Positions 27,233 to 34,731 are shown, counted from the first letter of the stretch. The stretch is 64,000 nt of DNA from Candidatus Tayloriibacteriota bacterium (GCA_039934295.1 JBDTMN010000003.1:10625-74624), one strand, 5' to 3'. Notes: a model not told the origin generated them from the sequence alone. Made by a program: numbers and translations.

Positions 27233-28445
27233 GAACAGAAAGCAATGCCTCGAGAGAAGATTTCTCACTAGAAATATTGGGATTTACTGCTCTTAACTCG
27301 CGCAGAACTGTATCAATCTTTCCGTCAATAAGAGTCCATTCTTTTGCATCTTTTGGCTTTAATCTCGCCTGCGCGGTGTCCCATTCGTATTCCAAATCTC
27401 CTATACGAGTTTTAGCGCCTGACTGATCTCCTACATTCAGCTTGTTAAGTGTATCTTGAGTAATAGTACGAAATAGAGAAAGATCTCCAAGTGATGAAAC
27501 TGGTTTATTTGACTGCACTGAAGTTCCCACACCCAACACACTTTCTTGTAATTTAGTTTTCTGTATCTGGTATCCTATCCCCCCAAATAAAAGAAAGATA
27601 AGACCGACAACAATAGTTTGCCATAAACCACCTTTCTCTTTTATTTCTTCATCATTCTTTGAGGTATTTGTGATGACATCTCTTTTGGTAATGGAAAGAT
27701 AAGTTACTATTCCTATAATTCCAAGGATAAAAATTGCACTTGTGGCGGTAACACCGAGCCCAAGTCCGCCGTGATTTCTTGTTTGTGAGAGATAGTCGCC
27801 AATCGAAGCGCCGAGCGGGCGGGTCATAATGTAAATAATCCAAAATGAGAGAACGGAATTAAGCCTAAAGTTCCAAGCAACCCCCGTAACAGCGATTACT
27901 GATGCTACTATGATTCCTGTCATCAAATATCCGAGCGCAAGGCCTTCGGACATTAAATCACCTGAAGCTGTTCCAAGCGCAAATGTAAAAAGAATAGCAA
28001 GCCAATAAAATACTTCTCTGCGGGTCGTAAAAATAGAGTGCACAGAAAGTGTTTTCTCCTTAACATACCAGACAATAAAAGTAACACCTAGAAGGACGGA
28101 GAAAATTATTGTGCTCGTTTCCAGAGGCACACCGATTCTATCGGTAAGATTGTCAGTTATTAAAGTCCCAAACACACTTACCAGCGCTACGGTAATCCAG
28201 TAAATAGTCGGAATATATTTCTTAGATCTAAATTGAAAAATAAACGCAACTATAAGTAAAACACCAGTGATAACAGATGTGCCAGTAAGACCGAGATTAA
28301 GATTGACATTGAGAAAGTCAGCGGCGGTTTCACCTATAGTTGTACAGAGTATTTTAATAATCCAGAAATACAAAGTAACTTCTGGAACTTTGTTTAGCAT
28401 TTTCACTACTAAACTTGAATCTTTGTTTTGATTAAACATATCCAT
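27225..28445 (-). CDS. COG4705/DUF347-like membrane protein
   Basis: NKVPEVTLYFWIIKILCTTIGETAAD, YWLAILFTFALGTA, FWIIYIMTRPLGASIGD. Confidence 0.85.
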   Translation of the reverse strand: MDMFNQNKDSSLVVKMLNKVPEVTLYFWIIKILCTTIGETAADFLNVNLNLGLTGTSVITGVLLIVAFIFQFRSKKYIPTIYWITVALVSVFGTLITDNLTDRIGVPLETSTIIFSVLLGVTFIVWYVKEKTLSVHSIFTTRREVFYWLAILFTFALGTASGDLMSEGLALGYLMTGIIVASVIAVTGVAWNFRLNSVLSFWIIYIMTRPLGASIGDYLSQTRNHGGLGLGVTATSAIFILGIIGIVTYLSITKRDVITNTSKNDEEIKEKGGLWQTIVVGLIFLLFGGIGYQIQKTKLQESVLGVGTSVQSNKPVSSLGDLSLFRTITQDTLNKLNVGDQSGAKTRIGDLEYEWDTAQARLKPKDAKEWTLIDGKIDTVLRELRAVNPNISSEKSSLEALLSVLN

Positions 28446-28455
28446 GCGCACAACT

Positions 28456-28620
28456 ATACCACAGTTCAGGTCCACTACACCCGCTTCGCCCTTTGAAGTT
28501 TTAACGAAAGAGGGTGGACTTTTCGTGTCTTAAAATAGGGCTAAAAACTTGGCGCGAACTAGCGGACGAAGTGGAAACCAGAATACGAGGGAATGGTGGG
28601 GATATTTATATACCTGATTT
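28456..28620 (+). repeat. Cassette-boundary repeat, copy 2 (long form)
   Basis: CACAGTTC...GCTTCGCCCTTTGAAGTTTTAACGAAAGAGGGTG...GGCGCGAACTAGCGGACGAAGTGG...ATATTTATATACCT. Confidence 0.8.
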
Positions 28621-28776
28621 CTGCAAAAAATTAACTATAGCATAGTATCAGATTTACTTTATTGGTAGCGGCCAGAATACTCCGAGGGCTTCCCGCGGGC
28701 ATGGACGATCGGCAAACTTTATTATTTAAAAACTAATAGGTGTATAATGAGGTATTATTATTTAACTATTTTTCAT

Positions 28777-29142
28777 ATGACAAACGAGAAAAAAGTAGAG
28801 TGGATTTTAAGAATTGGTGTCGCCGGTGAATTTTTTGGTCACGGAGTCTTTGCTGTTATGGGAAAAGCTGATTGGATAAAGTGGACAGAACAATTGACTG
28901 GGCTTGATACGGCAACAGCTACGACATTTATGCTTGTGGTAGGAATAGTGGATATTTTATTAGCAACTTTAGTACTCATAAAACCAATCAAACCAATTCT
29001 GCTGTGGATGACCTTCTGGGGTTTCTGGACTGCTCTTGTGAGGCCACTAGTAGGTTTGCCTATTTGGGATTTCGTAGAGCGTTTTGCAAACTGGGCAGCA
29101 CCTTTGGCGCTTTATTTCTTTTACAGAAGCAAGAATAAATAA
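28777..29142 (+). CDS. Small DoxX-like membrane protein
   Basis: LRIGVAGEFFGHG...WDFVERFANWAAPL. Confidence 0.7.
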   Translation: MTNEKKVEWILRIGVAGEFFGHGVFAVMGKADWIKWTEQLTGLDTATATTFMLVVGIVDILLATLVLIKPIKPILLWMTFWGFWTALVRPLVGLPIWDFVERFANWAAPLALYFFYRSKNK

Positions 29143-29150
29143 ATTACCAA

Positions 29151-29226
29151 AAACTTGGCGCGGACTAGTGGACAAAGTTGCCTGCCCGTCCGAAGCTTCA
29201 GCGAAGGCGGGGGAACTACGATTATG
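29151..29226 (+). repeat. Cassette-boundary repeat, copy 3, interrupted by a REP-like hairpin
   Basis: AAACTTGGCGCGGACTAGTGGACAAAGT[CCTGCCCGTCCGAAGCTTCAGCGAAGGCGGG]GGAACT. Confidence 0.75.
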
Positions 29227-29227
29227 T

Positions 29228-29773
29228 CTACAACACATACTCCCAGCCTGGTTGCCAAGATTTAGTTTTTCTCCAATCTTCATCCAAAGCTTCCCTCCAA
29301 GTTTTACCATTAAGCAATACATCCAATGAAAGTTGGGGTGCTTTGTGGGACACAATCGCAACACTTTTCCCATCATAATTCTTTTTCAAAAACTCGAGAA
29401 AATCAGCGACCCGAGTTTTGACATCTTCATAGCTTTCACCATCTGGAAACTTTTTTAAAATACATTCTTCTTCCTGCATAGGCTCTATAATTGAAGAAGA
29501 GCCCCCGTTTAGTTTTCCATAGTTGCATTCTCGCAATCTCTCGTCGGGAATAATTGTGTAAACCCCTTCCCAGGCCAGCTTTGCAGATTTAACGGCGCGC
29601 TTTAAATCAGAGCAGAAAATTACGTCAAATTTTTTATCTTGAGTCTTTTCTTTCAAATCTATTGATTGTTGTATTCCGAGTGGGGAAAGCTCTACATCAG
29701 ACCAACCCGACGAAATTTCTTTTTCGTTGTCTATTGAAGTGCCGTGCACGAAATATGTAATCTTCACAGACAT
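29228..29773 (-). CDS. Histidine phosphatase superfamily protein
   Basis: VHG (variant of RHG), SDLKRA, LRECNYG, PDGES, IVSH. Confidence 0.85.
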   Translation of the reverse strand: MSVKITYFVHGTSIDNEKEISSGWSDVELSPLGIQQSIDLKEKTQDKKFDVIFCSDLKRAVKSAKLAWEGVYTIIPDERLRECNYGKLNGGSSSIIEPMQEEECILKKFPDGESYEDVKTRVADFLEFLKKNYDGKSVAIVSHKAPQLSLDVLLNGKTWREALDEDWRKTKSWQPGWEYVL

Positions 29774-29783
29774 ATCAAAATAG

Positions 29784-29945
29784 TATCACAGTTCGAGCAC
29801 GACACCTGCTTCGCCCTTTGAAGTTTTAACGAAAGAGGGTGAATTTTCTGTGTCCTATTTATTAGCTAAAACCGATGCGCGGACTAGTGGACGAAGTGAG
29901 AACTGCTATACAACAGCATAATGGTTATATTTATATACCTAACTT
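29784..29945 (+). repeat. Cassette-boundary repeat, copy 4 (long form)
   Basis: CACAGTTC...GCTTCGCCCTTTGAAGTTTTAACGAAAGAGGGTG...GCGCGGACTAGTGGACGAAGTGAGAACTGCTAT...ATATTTATATACCTAA. Confidence 0.8.
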
Positions 29946-30486
29946 AAGCAGATAGTTTGCCTTTTAATACATCCAAGACCTTACTTATGCCATCTTTACC
30001 TCCTGACCATATATTTGGACTTTTATCCATTGAATCTAAAATGTCCTCTGCCATCATCCACTTAATTTCTTGGACTTCACCATCATTAAATTTCAAAGTG
30101 GCTATATTGCCCTCAAACCTATAATAGAAAGAATGAGTAAATTCTCTATTGGGATCATGGTCTCTTTTATACACCTCTCCTTGAATTAAATCACCTTGTT
30201 CTAATTCTAAGCCGACTTCTTCCATGAGTTCATCCTTTATTGCATCTTCAATGCTCCCCCCACTTTTTATATGACCACCAAATCTTGTATCCCAACAGTT
30301 AGGATGTAAATCTTTATCCTTAGAGCGTAAATGAACTAAAAATTCTATTTTATCGTTTATTTTTTTAAATAGGTAAATGTGAACAGTTCTATGCCAAAAA
30401 CCCGTTGAATGGATAACTGAGCGTAGTTCTCGTTCACCAGTTAAGTCATTGCTTTCGTCTACTAAGTCTAGATATTCGTCTGCCAT
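29944..30486 (-). CDS. NUDIX hydrolase (IDI-like)
   Basis: WHRTVHI, WD..GGHI..G.....IKDELMEEVG. Confidence 0.85.
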   Translation of the reverse strand: MADEYLDLVDESNDLTGERELRSVIHSTGFWHRTVHIYLFKKINDKIEFLVHLRSKDKDLHPNCWDTRFGGHIKSGGSIEDAIKDELMEEVGLELEQGDLIQGEVYKRDHDPNREFTHSFYYRFEGNIATLKFNDGEVQEIKWMMAEDILDSMDKSPNIWSGGKDGISKVLDVLKGKLSA

Positions 30487-30592
30487 AATTTTATTATAGC
30501 AGTTCCACCGTCCAATAGACCAGCAGAAAAAGTGCCTTCCGTGAGAACTGAAAATGCCATATCAAATATAGATATTATTTAGAAATTTCGCT

Positions 30593-30775
30593 TTGCGCGG
30601 CTCTCGGGTGCTGGTCACAAATATTTTCTCGCCGACGCTCGAAAATTTCGCGACCCCGGCTCACGGTTTTGTCTACTGACAAAACATCGCTCCGCCCGTC
30701 AGCACCCAACGTAAGCCGAGTAGTTGGCTTACTTCAGCCGCGCAAGCAAAAAGCCCCATACGGGGCTTTTCCTTG
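30593..30775 (-). other. tRNA 3'-mirror element behind tRNA-Asp
   Basis: Terminator 30748-30770, inverted 3'-end copy split by a 22-nt hairpin (30698-30746), direct copy 30593-30613. Confidence 0.75.
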
Positions 30776-31088
30776 CGCGGCTGATGGGTGCTGACCCCAC
30801 GGCCTCTCCCGTGCACTTATCCAATATTTTCATAAAGGCGTGGACTATATCTTCACCGTATCCTTCGATAAACTCAAGACTTAGGTGCTCTGGTATCTAG
30901 TCTCTACGGTGCCCCTTCTCTTTACTTTTTTTTATAAAGTAAAAATATGGAAGGGTTCCCACGGTATTCGCGTACCCCGATAAAATCAGGGGTTAGCATT
31001 CACCGTTATCCCAGAGAGTTTCAATCTGCCGTTTCGACAAAAAGCTGCGTATCCACAGGGGAGTGCTCTACCGTTGAGCTACAGCCGC
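30776..31088 (-). tRNA. tRNA-Asp(GTC) split by a group I intron (exons 31055-31088 and 30776-30813)
   Basis: Spliced anticodon arm CTCCC-CTGT|CAC-GGGAG; acceptor GCGGCTG/CAGCCGC-G. Confidence 0.88.
30814..31054 (-). ncRNA. Group I intron (241 nt) at tRNA position 35/36
   Basis: P1 CUGU/GCAG with U.G at the 5' splice site; core GTAGAGACTA and GATATAGTCC; terminal G. Confidence 0.88.
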
Positions 31089-31196
31089 ATTGTATTCTTA
31101 ACCTCCTTGATTATACATAAAATCACAAAATTTCAAAGAGTCATTTGCCTTAAAAAAAAGGTGCCACCCACGGGCACCTTGTAACTCGAGCCTGTT

Positions 31197-31622
31197 TCAG
31201 AACCGCCAGTTCAAAAGTACCAAACCGGACTGGCTTTCCCTCCGCTCGCCGCCCATCTTGGAGACTGAATAGAGAGCGCGATACTTGAAACCCACATAAG
31301 AAATCTTGCTCATTTCGATGAGTTTGAAATTGAAATCGTCCATCACCATCGTTCCCGCAGGATTCTTTTTGGACAGCTCACCCGGGAGACTGTCCCGAAG
31401 ACTCGGTGGCACAACTGTTTTCACTGGCAGGAGCACCTCAACCACGTGGTTTGTGCGATTTTGCGCCTCTTCCGGATTTGGAATTGGGGCCGGAGGCTGA
31501 ACCACTTGCTTCACTGTTTTTCTCCGGTATGATTTTTCCGGTGCGTTTTTTTCTTGAGGGACGCTTGCGTCTGCCCCAGCCACCGACAGCAGAGCGCCGA
31601 CGAGCAGGGATAGTGTTTTCAT
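31197..31622 (-). CDS. Secreted hypothetical protein
   Basis: Signal peptide MKTLSLLVGALLSVAGADA; terminator hairpin at about 31152-31180. Confidence 0.55.
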   Translation of the reverse strand: MKTLSLLVGALLSVAGADASVPQEKNAPEKSYRRKTVKQVVQPPAPIPNPEEAQNRTNHVVEVLLPVKTVVPPSLRDSLPGELSKKNPAGTMVMDDFNFKLIEMSKISYVGFKYRALYSVSKMGGERRESQSGLVLLNWRF

Positions 31623-31760
31623 TTGTTTGACTCGCTTTCGTAGGTTTGTTGATTTCTCTAACAAGTTTTGTACCTGTCCCCCGCACCAAAACAGTTGGTA
31701 TGAGGGTTGTCCGTGAATCATTTTAGCACTATTCGAAAGTATTGCATTAGTCCAAAAATT

Positions 31761-31906
31761 TGTGTCGGGGGTGGGATTTGAAACCTACAGTTTCAGTATA
31801 CCTTTCGTATCGTGCTCGCAAAGCTCCGTGCGATATACTCAAGGTCTTCAAATCCCACCTGCATTGCATGCAGATGCAATGCTCCCTGCCGCCTCACCAA
31901 GTTCTG
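31761..31906 (-). other. tRNA 3'-mirror element behind tRNA-Met(CAT)
   Basis: 22-nt hairpin 31861-31882, inverted T-arm copy 31847-31859, direct copy 31761-31790. Confidence 0.7.
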
Positions 31907-31981
31907 TGTCGGGGGTGGGATTTGAACCCACAGGTCTCCGCTTTATGAATGCGGTGCTTTAACCAGTTTAGCTACCCCGAC
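31907..31981 (-). tRNA. tRNA with CAT anticodon (elongator Met or Ile2)
   Basis: GTCGGGG/CCCCGAC-A; CCGCA-TTCATAA-AGCGG; GTGGG-TTCAAAT-CCCAC. Confidence 0.88.
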
Positions 31982-32012
31982 GTTAGTTCTTAAAATAACA
32001 TAAGAGGACTCA

Positions 32013-32696
32013 TCATTCAAATAAAGATTCTAGACCTGATAAGGAACCTAAAATTTTGCAATGAATGTCCGCCCCCCTCCTTACTTTTACTCTTAATGTC
32101 CCAAAATGTTCATTTTCGTTGGAATATCTTTTTTTACTCTGAGTTTTTATTAGACTTGGCTTTGTAAACTGAGCAGTTGGAATCTTAATCAAATCTGACC
32201 AATAGTGCATTACTTCAGCAACTCGTTTTGAATGTATATTATTTATGCTTATCCTTAAAATAAAATCCTGAATAGCTACCTCGTAGAAAGTCTGAAACCA
32301 TTTAATGATCAATTTAATCATAAAGGGATTGCTATTTGTGAATCCCACTTCATCGTTCCCTCTTTTATATCCCTCTCCCCAATAGAGTGCCAAACCTATA
32401 AAAAAGAACTCCTTCTTTGTCAGTTGCCCAATTTCTTTTTTACCTTGCGTTGTCAACTGTTCAACCTTTTTTAATCTTTCAGCCCGTTTTTTTTCTAAAA
32501 ATTTTAGTATCGCCTTCATTCCGGCTTTCTTTTGTTTTTCTTGAATATAAAGCAATTGTTGCTTTGATAAGACAATGTCTCTGCACCAATATCCGATAGT
32601 GCTTTTGCTCACTTTTATCTCTGTTGCGATATCTTGAATACTCAAGCCTTCCCTTCTTAATTTTTGAGCTGCTTCTCTTAGATAAATGTTCGCCAT
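32013..32696 (-). CDS. HTH plus LAGLIDADG-like protein
   Basis: N-terminal HTH (GLSIQDIATEIKVSKSTIGYW); GLALYWGEG...FTNSNP motif; directly upstream of a tRNA. Confidence 0.65.
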   Translation of the reverse strand: MANIYLREAAQKLRREGLSIQDIATEIKVSKSTIGYWCRDIVLSKQQLLYIQEKQKKAGMKAILKFLEKKRAERLKKVEQLTTQGKKEIGQLTKKEFFFIGLALYWGEGYKRGNDEVGFTNSNPFMIKLIIKWFQTFYEVAIQDFILRISINNIHSKRVAEVMHYWSDLIKIPTAQFTKPSLIKTQSKKRYSNENEHFGTLRVKVRRGADIHCKILGSLSGLESLFE

Positions 32697-32788
32697 AGAT
32701 TTGATTGACTATATACAGGTATTGTAACATATGCAACCTGTCTAACAATATTGATTTTAAACCTTTAAAGAGGTATCATACTGAACAC

Positions 32789-33164
32789 TGCGGGGTAGAG
32801 AAGCAGTAACTCGCAAGGCTCAATTGGGCTCATAGGAGAGTAATTTCTTATGGATAACTCGTCAAATTCGGTGAAGCCTTCTTCGTAAAATACGAAATGG
32901 TAATACCGAGCCAAGCGCAAATTTTGTCCGCTTTAGGCGGTTACAAAATTGGGCGTCCGCCTAAGGCGGGCACTCAATCTTGCAACCACTTGGAGTGGGC
33001 AAGATTGGTGAAGGTGTAGAGACTAGACGGCGAGATCCGTTCAATGGAACGGAATAAGGTATAGTCCAGACTCCAAACTCTAATCCGCTTTGCGCGGACG
33101 AGATGATGAAAATCATAGTAGTATGCATAACCTTGAGGCGCCCGTGCAATTCGGGCCTCCGCAA
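32789..33164 (+). tRNA. tRNA-Met(CAT), initiator-like, split by a group I intron (exons 32789-32820 and 33126-33164)
   Basis: Spliced arm CAAGG-CT|CATAA-CCTTG; acceptor TGCGGGG/CTCCGCA-A. Confidence 0.85.
32821..33125 (+). ncRNA. Group I intron (305 nt) after U33
   Basis: P1 GGCUC/GGGCU with U.G; AAATTCGGTGAA, AATACCGAG, GTAGAGACTA, GGTATAGTCC; terminal G. Confidence 0.88.
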
Positions 33165-33520
33165 CAGCAAAAAATAAGACGCTCCTATTGGGGCGTTTTA
33201 TTTTTGTTGATGTTGCGAGAGGAGCAAGTGAACTGCTTCACTTGCGTCCCGAATTGCAAACCGGAGTCATGTTTTTTCTTAAAAAACAGACGAGGTGGGA
33301 TCGAGAGTACTTAGACTTTTGGCACACAAGTGACAAAAGACTTAGTAACTCGTGATCAATTCGGGCCTCCGCAACCACGTAAAACAAAAACACTGTCCGT
33401 AATGAGGGCGGTGTTTTTGTCACGTGGTTGGTCGCGTGGATGATTGCTTTGCAATCTGCTTTACGCGACAGACCACGTAAAACAAAAACATCGCCCCGCA
33501 ACGGGCGGTGTTTTTTTGCA
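33165..33520 (+). other. tRNA 3'-mirror element behind the intron-containing tRNA-Met, plus a second degenerate iteration
   Basis: Terminator 33169-33209, inverted copy split by a 22-nt hairpin (33212-33258), direct copy with CCA 33357-33377; ACCACGTAAAACAAAAACA plus terminator repeated at about 33473. Confidence 0.75.
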
Positions 33521-33543
33521 AATAAAAAAAGGAGGGGGGTATT

Positions 33544-33885
33544 TTACCCCTCCCCTCTGCATATTGGTTTTCGCTGAATGATTTGCCAATCCTTTATTTC
33601 ATCATTCCATACCCATTCATGAAATTCGTAGGAAGAGATGACAGCAGTAGAGAGAATTCTCACTGTATCTTCCCGTTCACAATGAGGCACCGTGACAAAT
33701 GGAACGGCGGGCGGATTTTTGGGATCTGGTTCGGGCGTATAATACAGACCTACAGAACCTGCCGAGAAACCACATGAGCGGGCCGCCTCAAAAATTCTTT
33801 TGAGGACGTCTACCGTCACATTTTCACCTTCATCCGCGTAAATAGATATTGACCAAGAATTCAGCACAACAACAACATGGCTCAT
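33544..33885 (-). CDS. Hypothetical protein downstream of the Ile attenuator
   Basis: 113-aa ORF with GAGG before the ATG. Confidence 0.6.
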   Translation of the reverse strand: MSHVVVVLNSWSISIYADEGENVTVDVLKRIFEAARSCGFSAGSVGLYYTPEPDPKNPPAVPFVTVPHCEREDTVRILSTAVISSYEFHEWVWNDEIKDWQIIQRKPICRGEG

Positions 33886-33941
33886 AAAAATTCCTCAAAG
33901 AACCAATTTCCCCCCTCTAATTTTGCCCTCTGACCAAGCCA

Positions 33942-33972
33942 GAAACAAAACAGCTCTTCGGGGTGAAGAGCT
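33942..33972 (-). terminator. Attenuator terminator 1
   Basis: AGCTCTTC-ACCCC-GAAGAGCT followed by GTTTTGTTT. Confidence 0.7.
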
Positions 33973-34004
33973 TCCTTGTTTCTACATTTTCTTGATTCTT
34001 GAAT

Positions 34005-34100
34005 CTAGATTCTTGAATCAACCTTATAGACACGAGCAAGATCTCCACCTTGTGTGGAAATAATAATGATACCGATGATAATCCCTATGCTCGTTTTCAT
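34005..34100 (-). CDS. Ile-rich leader peptide MKTSIGIIIGIIIISTQGGDLARVYKVDSRI
   Basis: 8 Ile in 10 consecutive codons; starts 8 nt after TATAAT. Confidence 0.75.
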   Translation of the reverse strand: MKTSIGIIIGIIIISTQGGDLARVYKVDSRI

Positions 34101-34108
34101 TGCCATCT

Positions 34109-34136
34109 ATTATAAATATGGGCAAGAAGTTGTCAA
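34109..34136 (-). promoter_or_regulatory. Consensus sigma70 promoter
   Basis: TTGACA-16 nt-TATAAT. Confidence 0.75.
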
Positions 34137-34191
34137 TCCTAAACAAAAAAAACCACATGCTTGAAATACTTCAAGTGTGGCTTTGCACTAG

Positions 34192-34419
34192 TCAGGGAAA
34201 ATGCCTTTTCCAATTTGGATCGAACTGATTTAGAGCGTCCTCCAAAGCCAGTTCAAGTGCTTCGCAGATATCACTAGATCGGTCCACGCGACCTATCCAT
34301 CGATATCCAGATCCATCCGCAATCCCAACACAGACTTTAGACTGATGAGCCCTGAAGTCAATGCTGTCCAAATGCAGTTTCAATACCTTCAGTCTGTCTT
34401 GTATGTTGTGAGAAATCAT
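34192..34419 (-). CDS. Small hypothetical protein downstream of the Leu attenuator
   Basis: AGGAG 8 nt before ATG 34419 (MISHNIQD); hairpin terminator at about 34145-34184. Confidence 0.55.
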   Translation of the reverse strand: MISHNIQDRLKVLKLHLDSIDFRAHQSKVCVGIADGSGYRWIGRVDRSSDICEALELALEDALNQFDPNWKRHFP

Positions 34420-34497
34420 ACATTTCGCTCCTAGTTTACCTACAGTGTAAAGAACCAATTTCTCCCCGTGACTTTTGTTCCGGCTCTTAGCCAGCGA

Positions 34498-34525
34498 CAA
34501 AAAAACTCTTCGGGGTGAAGAGCTT
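34498..34525 (-). terminator. Attenuator terminator 2
   Basis: AAGCTCTTC-ACCCC-GAAGAG followed by a T run. Confidence 0.72.
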
Positions 34526-34556
34526 CCTTGTTTCTACATTTTCTTGATTCTTGAAT

Positions 34557-34655
34557 CTAGATTCTTGAATCAACCTTATAGACACGAGCAAAATCTCCAC
34601 CTTGTGTAAGGAGGCTAAGGAGGAGACCGAGAAGATTGTTGCTCGAAATATTCAT
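34557..34655 (-). CDS. Leu-rich leader peptide MNISSNNLLGLLLSLLTQGGDFARVYKVDSRI
   Basis: 7 Leu (all CTT/CTC) in 9 codons; starts 7 nt after TAACAT of TTGACA-16-TAACAT. Confidence 0.75.
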   Translation of the reverse strand: MNISSNNLLGLLLSLLTQGGDFARVYKVDSRI

Positions 34656-34731
34656 TGTCACTATGTTACTTGTAACAAAAAAAATGTCAATCCGCATTTA
34701 CCTTTCCCGATATGAGAGGTTAGGACGAACC

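Noticed and set aside
28662-28712. Minus-strand ...GGCCGCTACCA as a tRNA or tmRNA 3' end
   Set aside because: No T arm or cloverleaf could be built; at most an att-like scar.
27161-29945. Boundary repeats as a CRISPR array or canonical attC sites
   Set aside because: Spacing is gene-sized, the copies are degenerate, and there is no cas or intI gene and no clear RYYYAAC/GTTRRRY box pair.
31760-33501. Short ORFs 31760-31948, 31762-31962, 32961-33170, 33090-33314 and 33238-33501
   Set aside because: They overlap tRNAs, the intron or the mirror elements and have no protein features.
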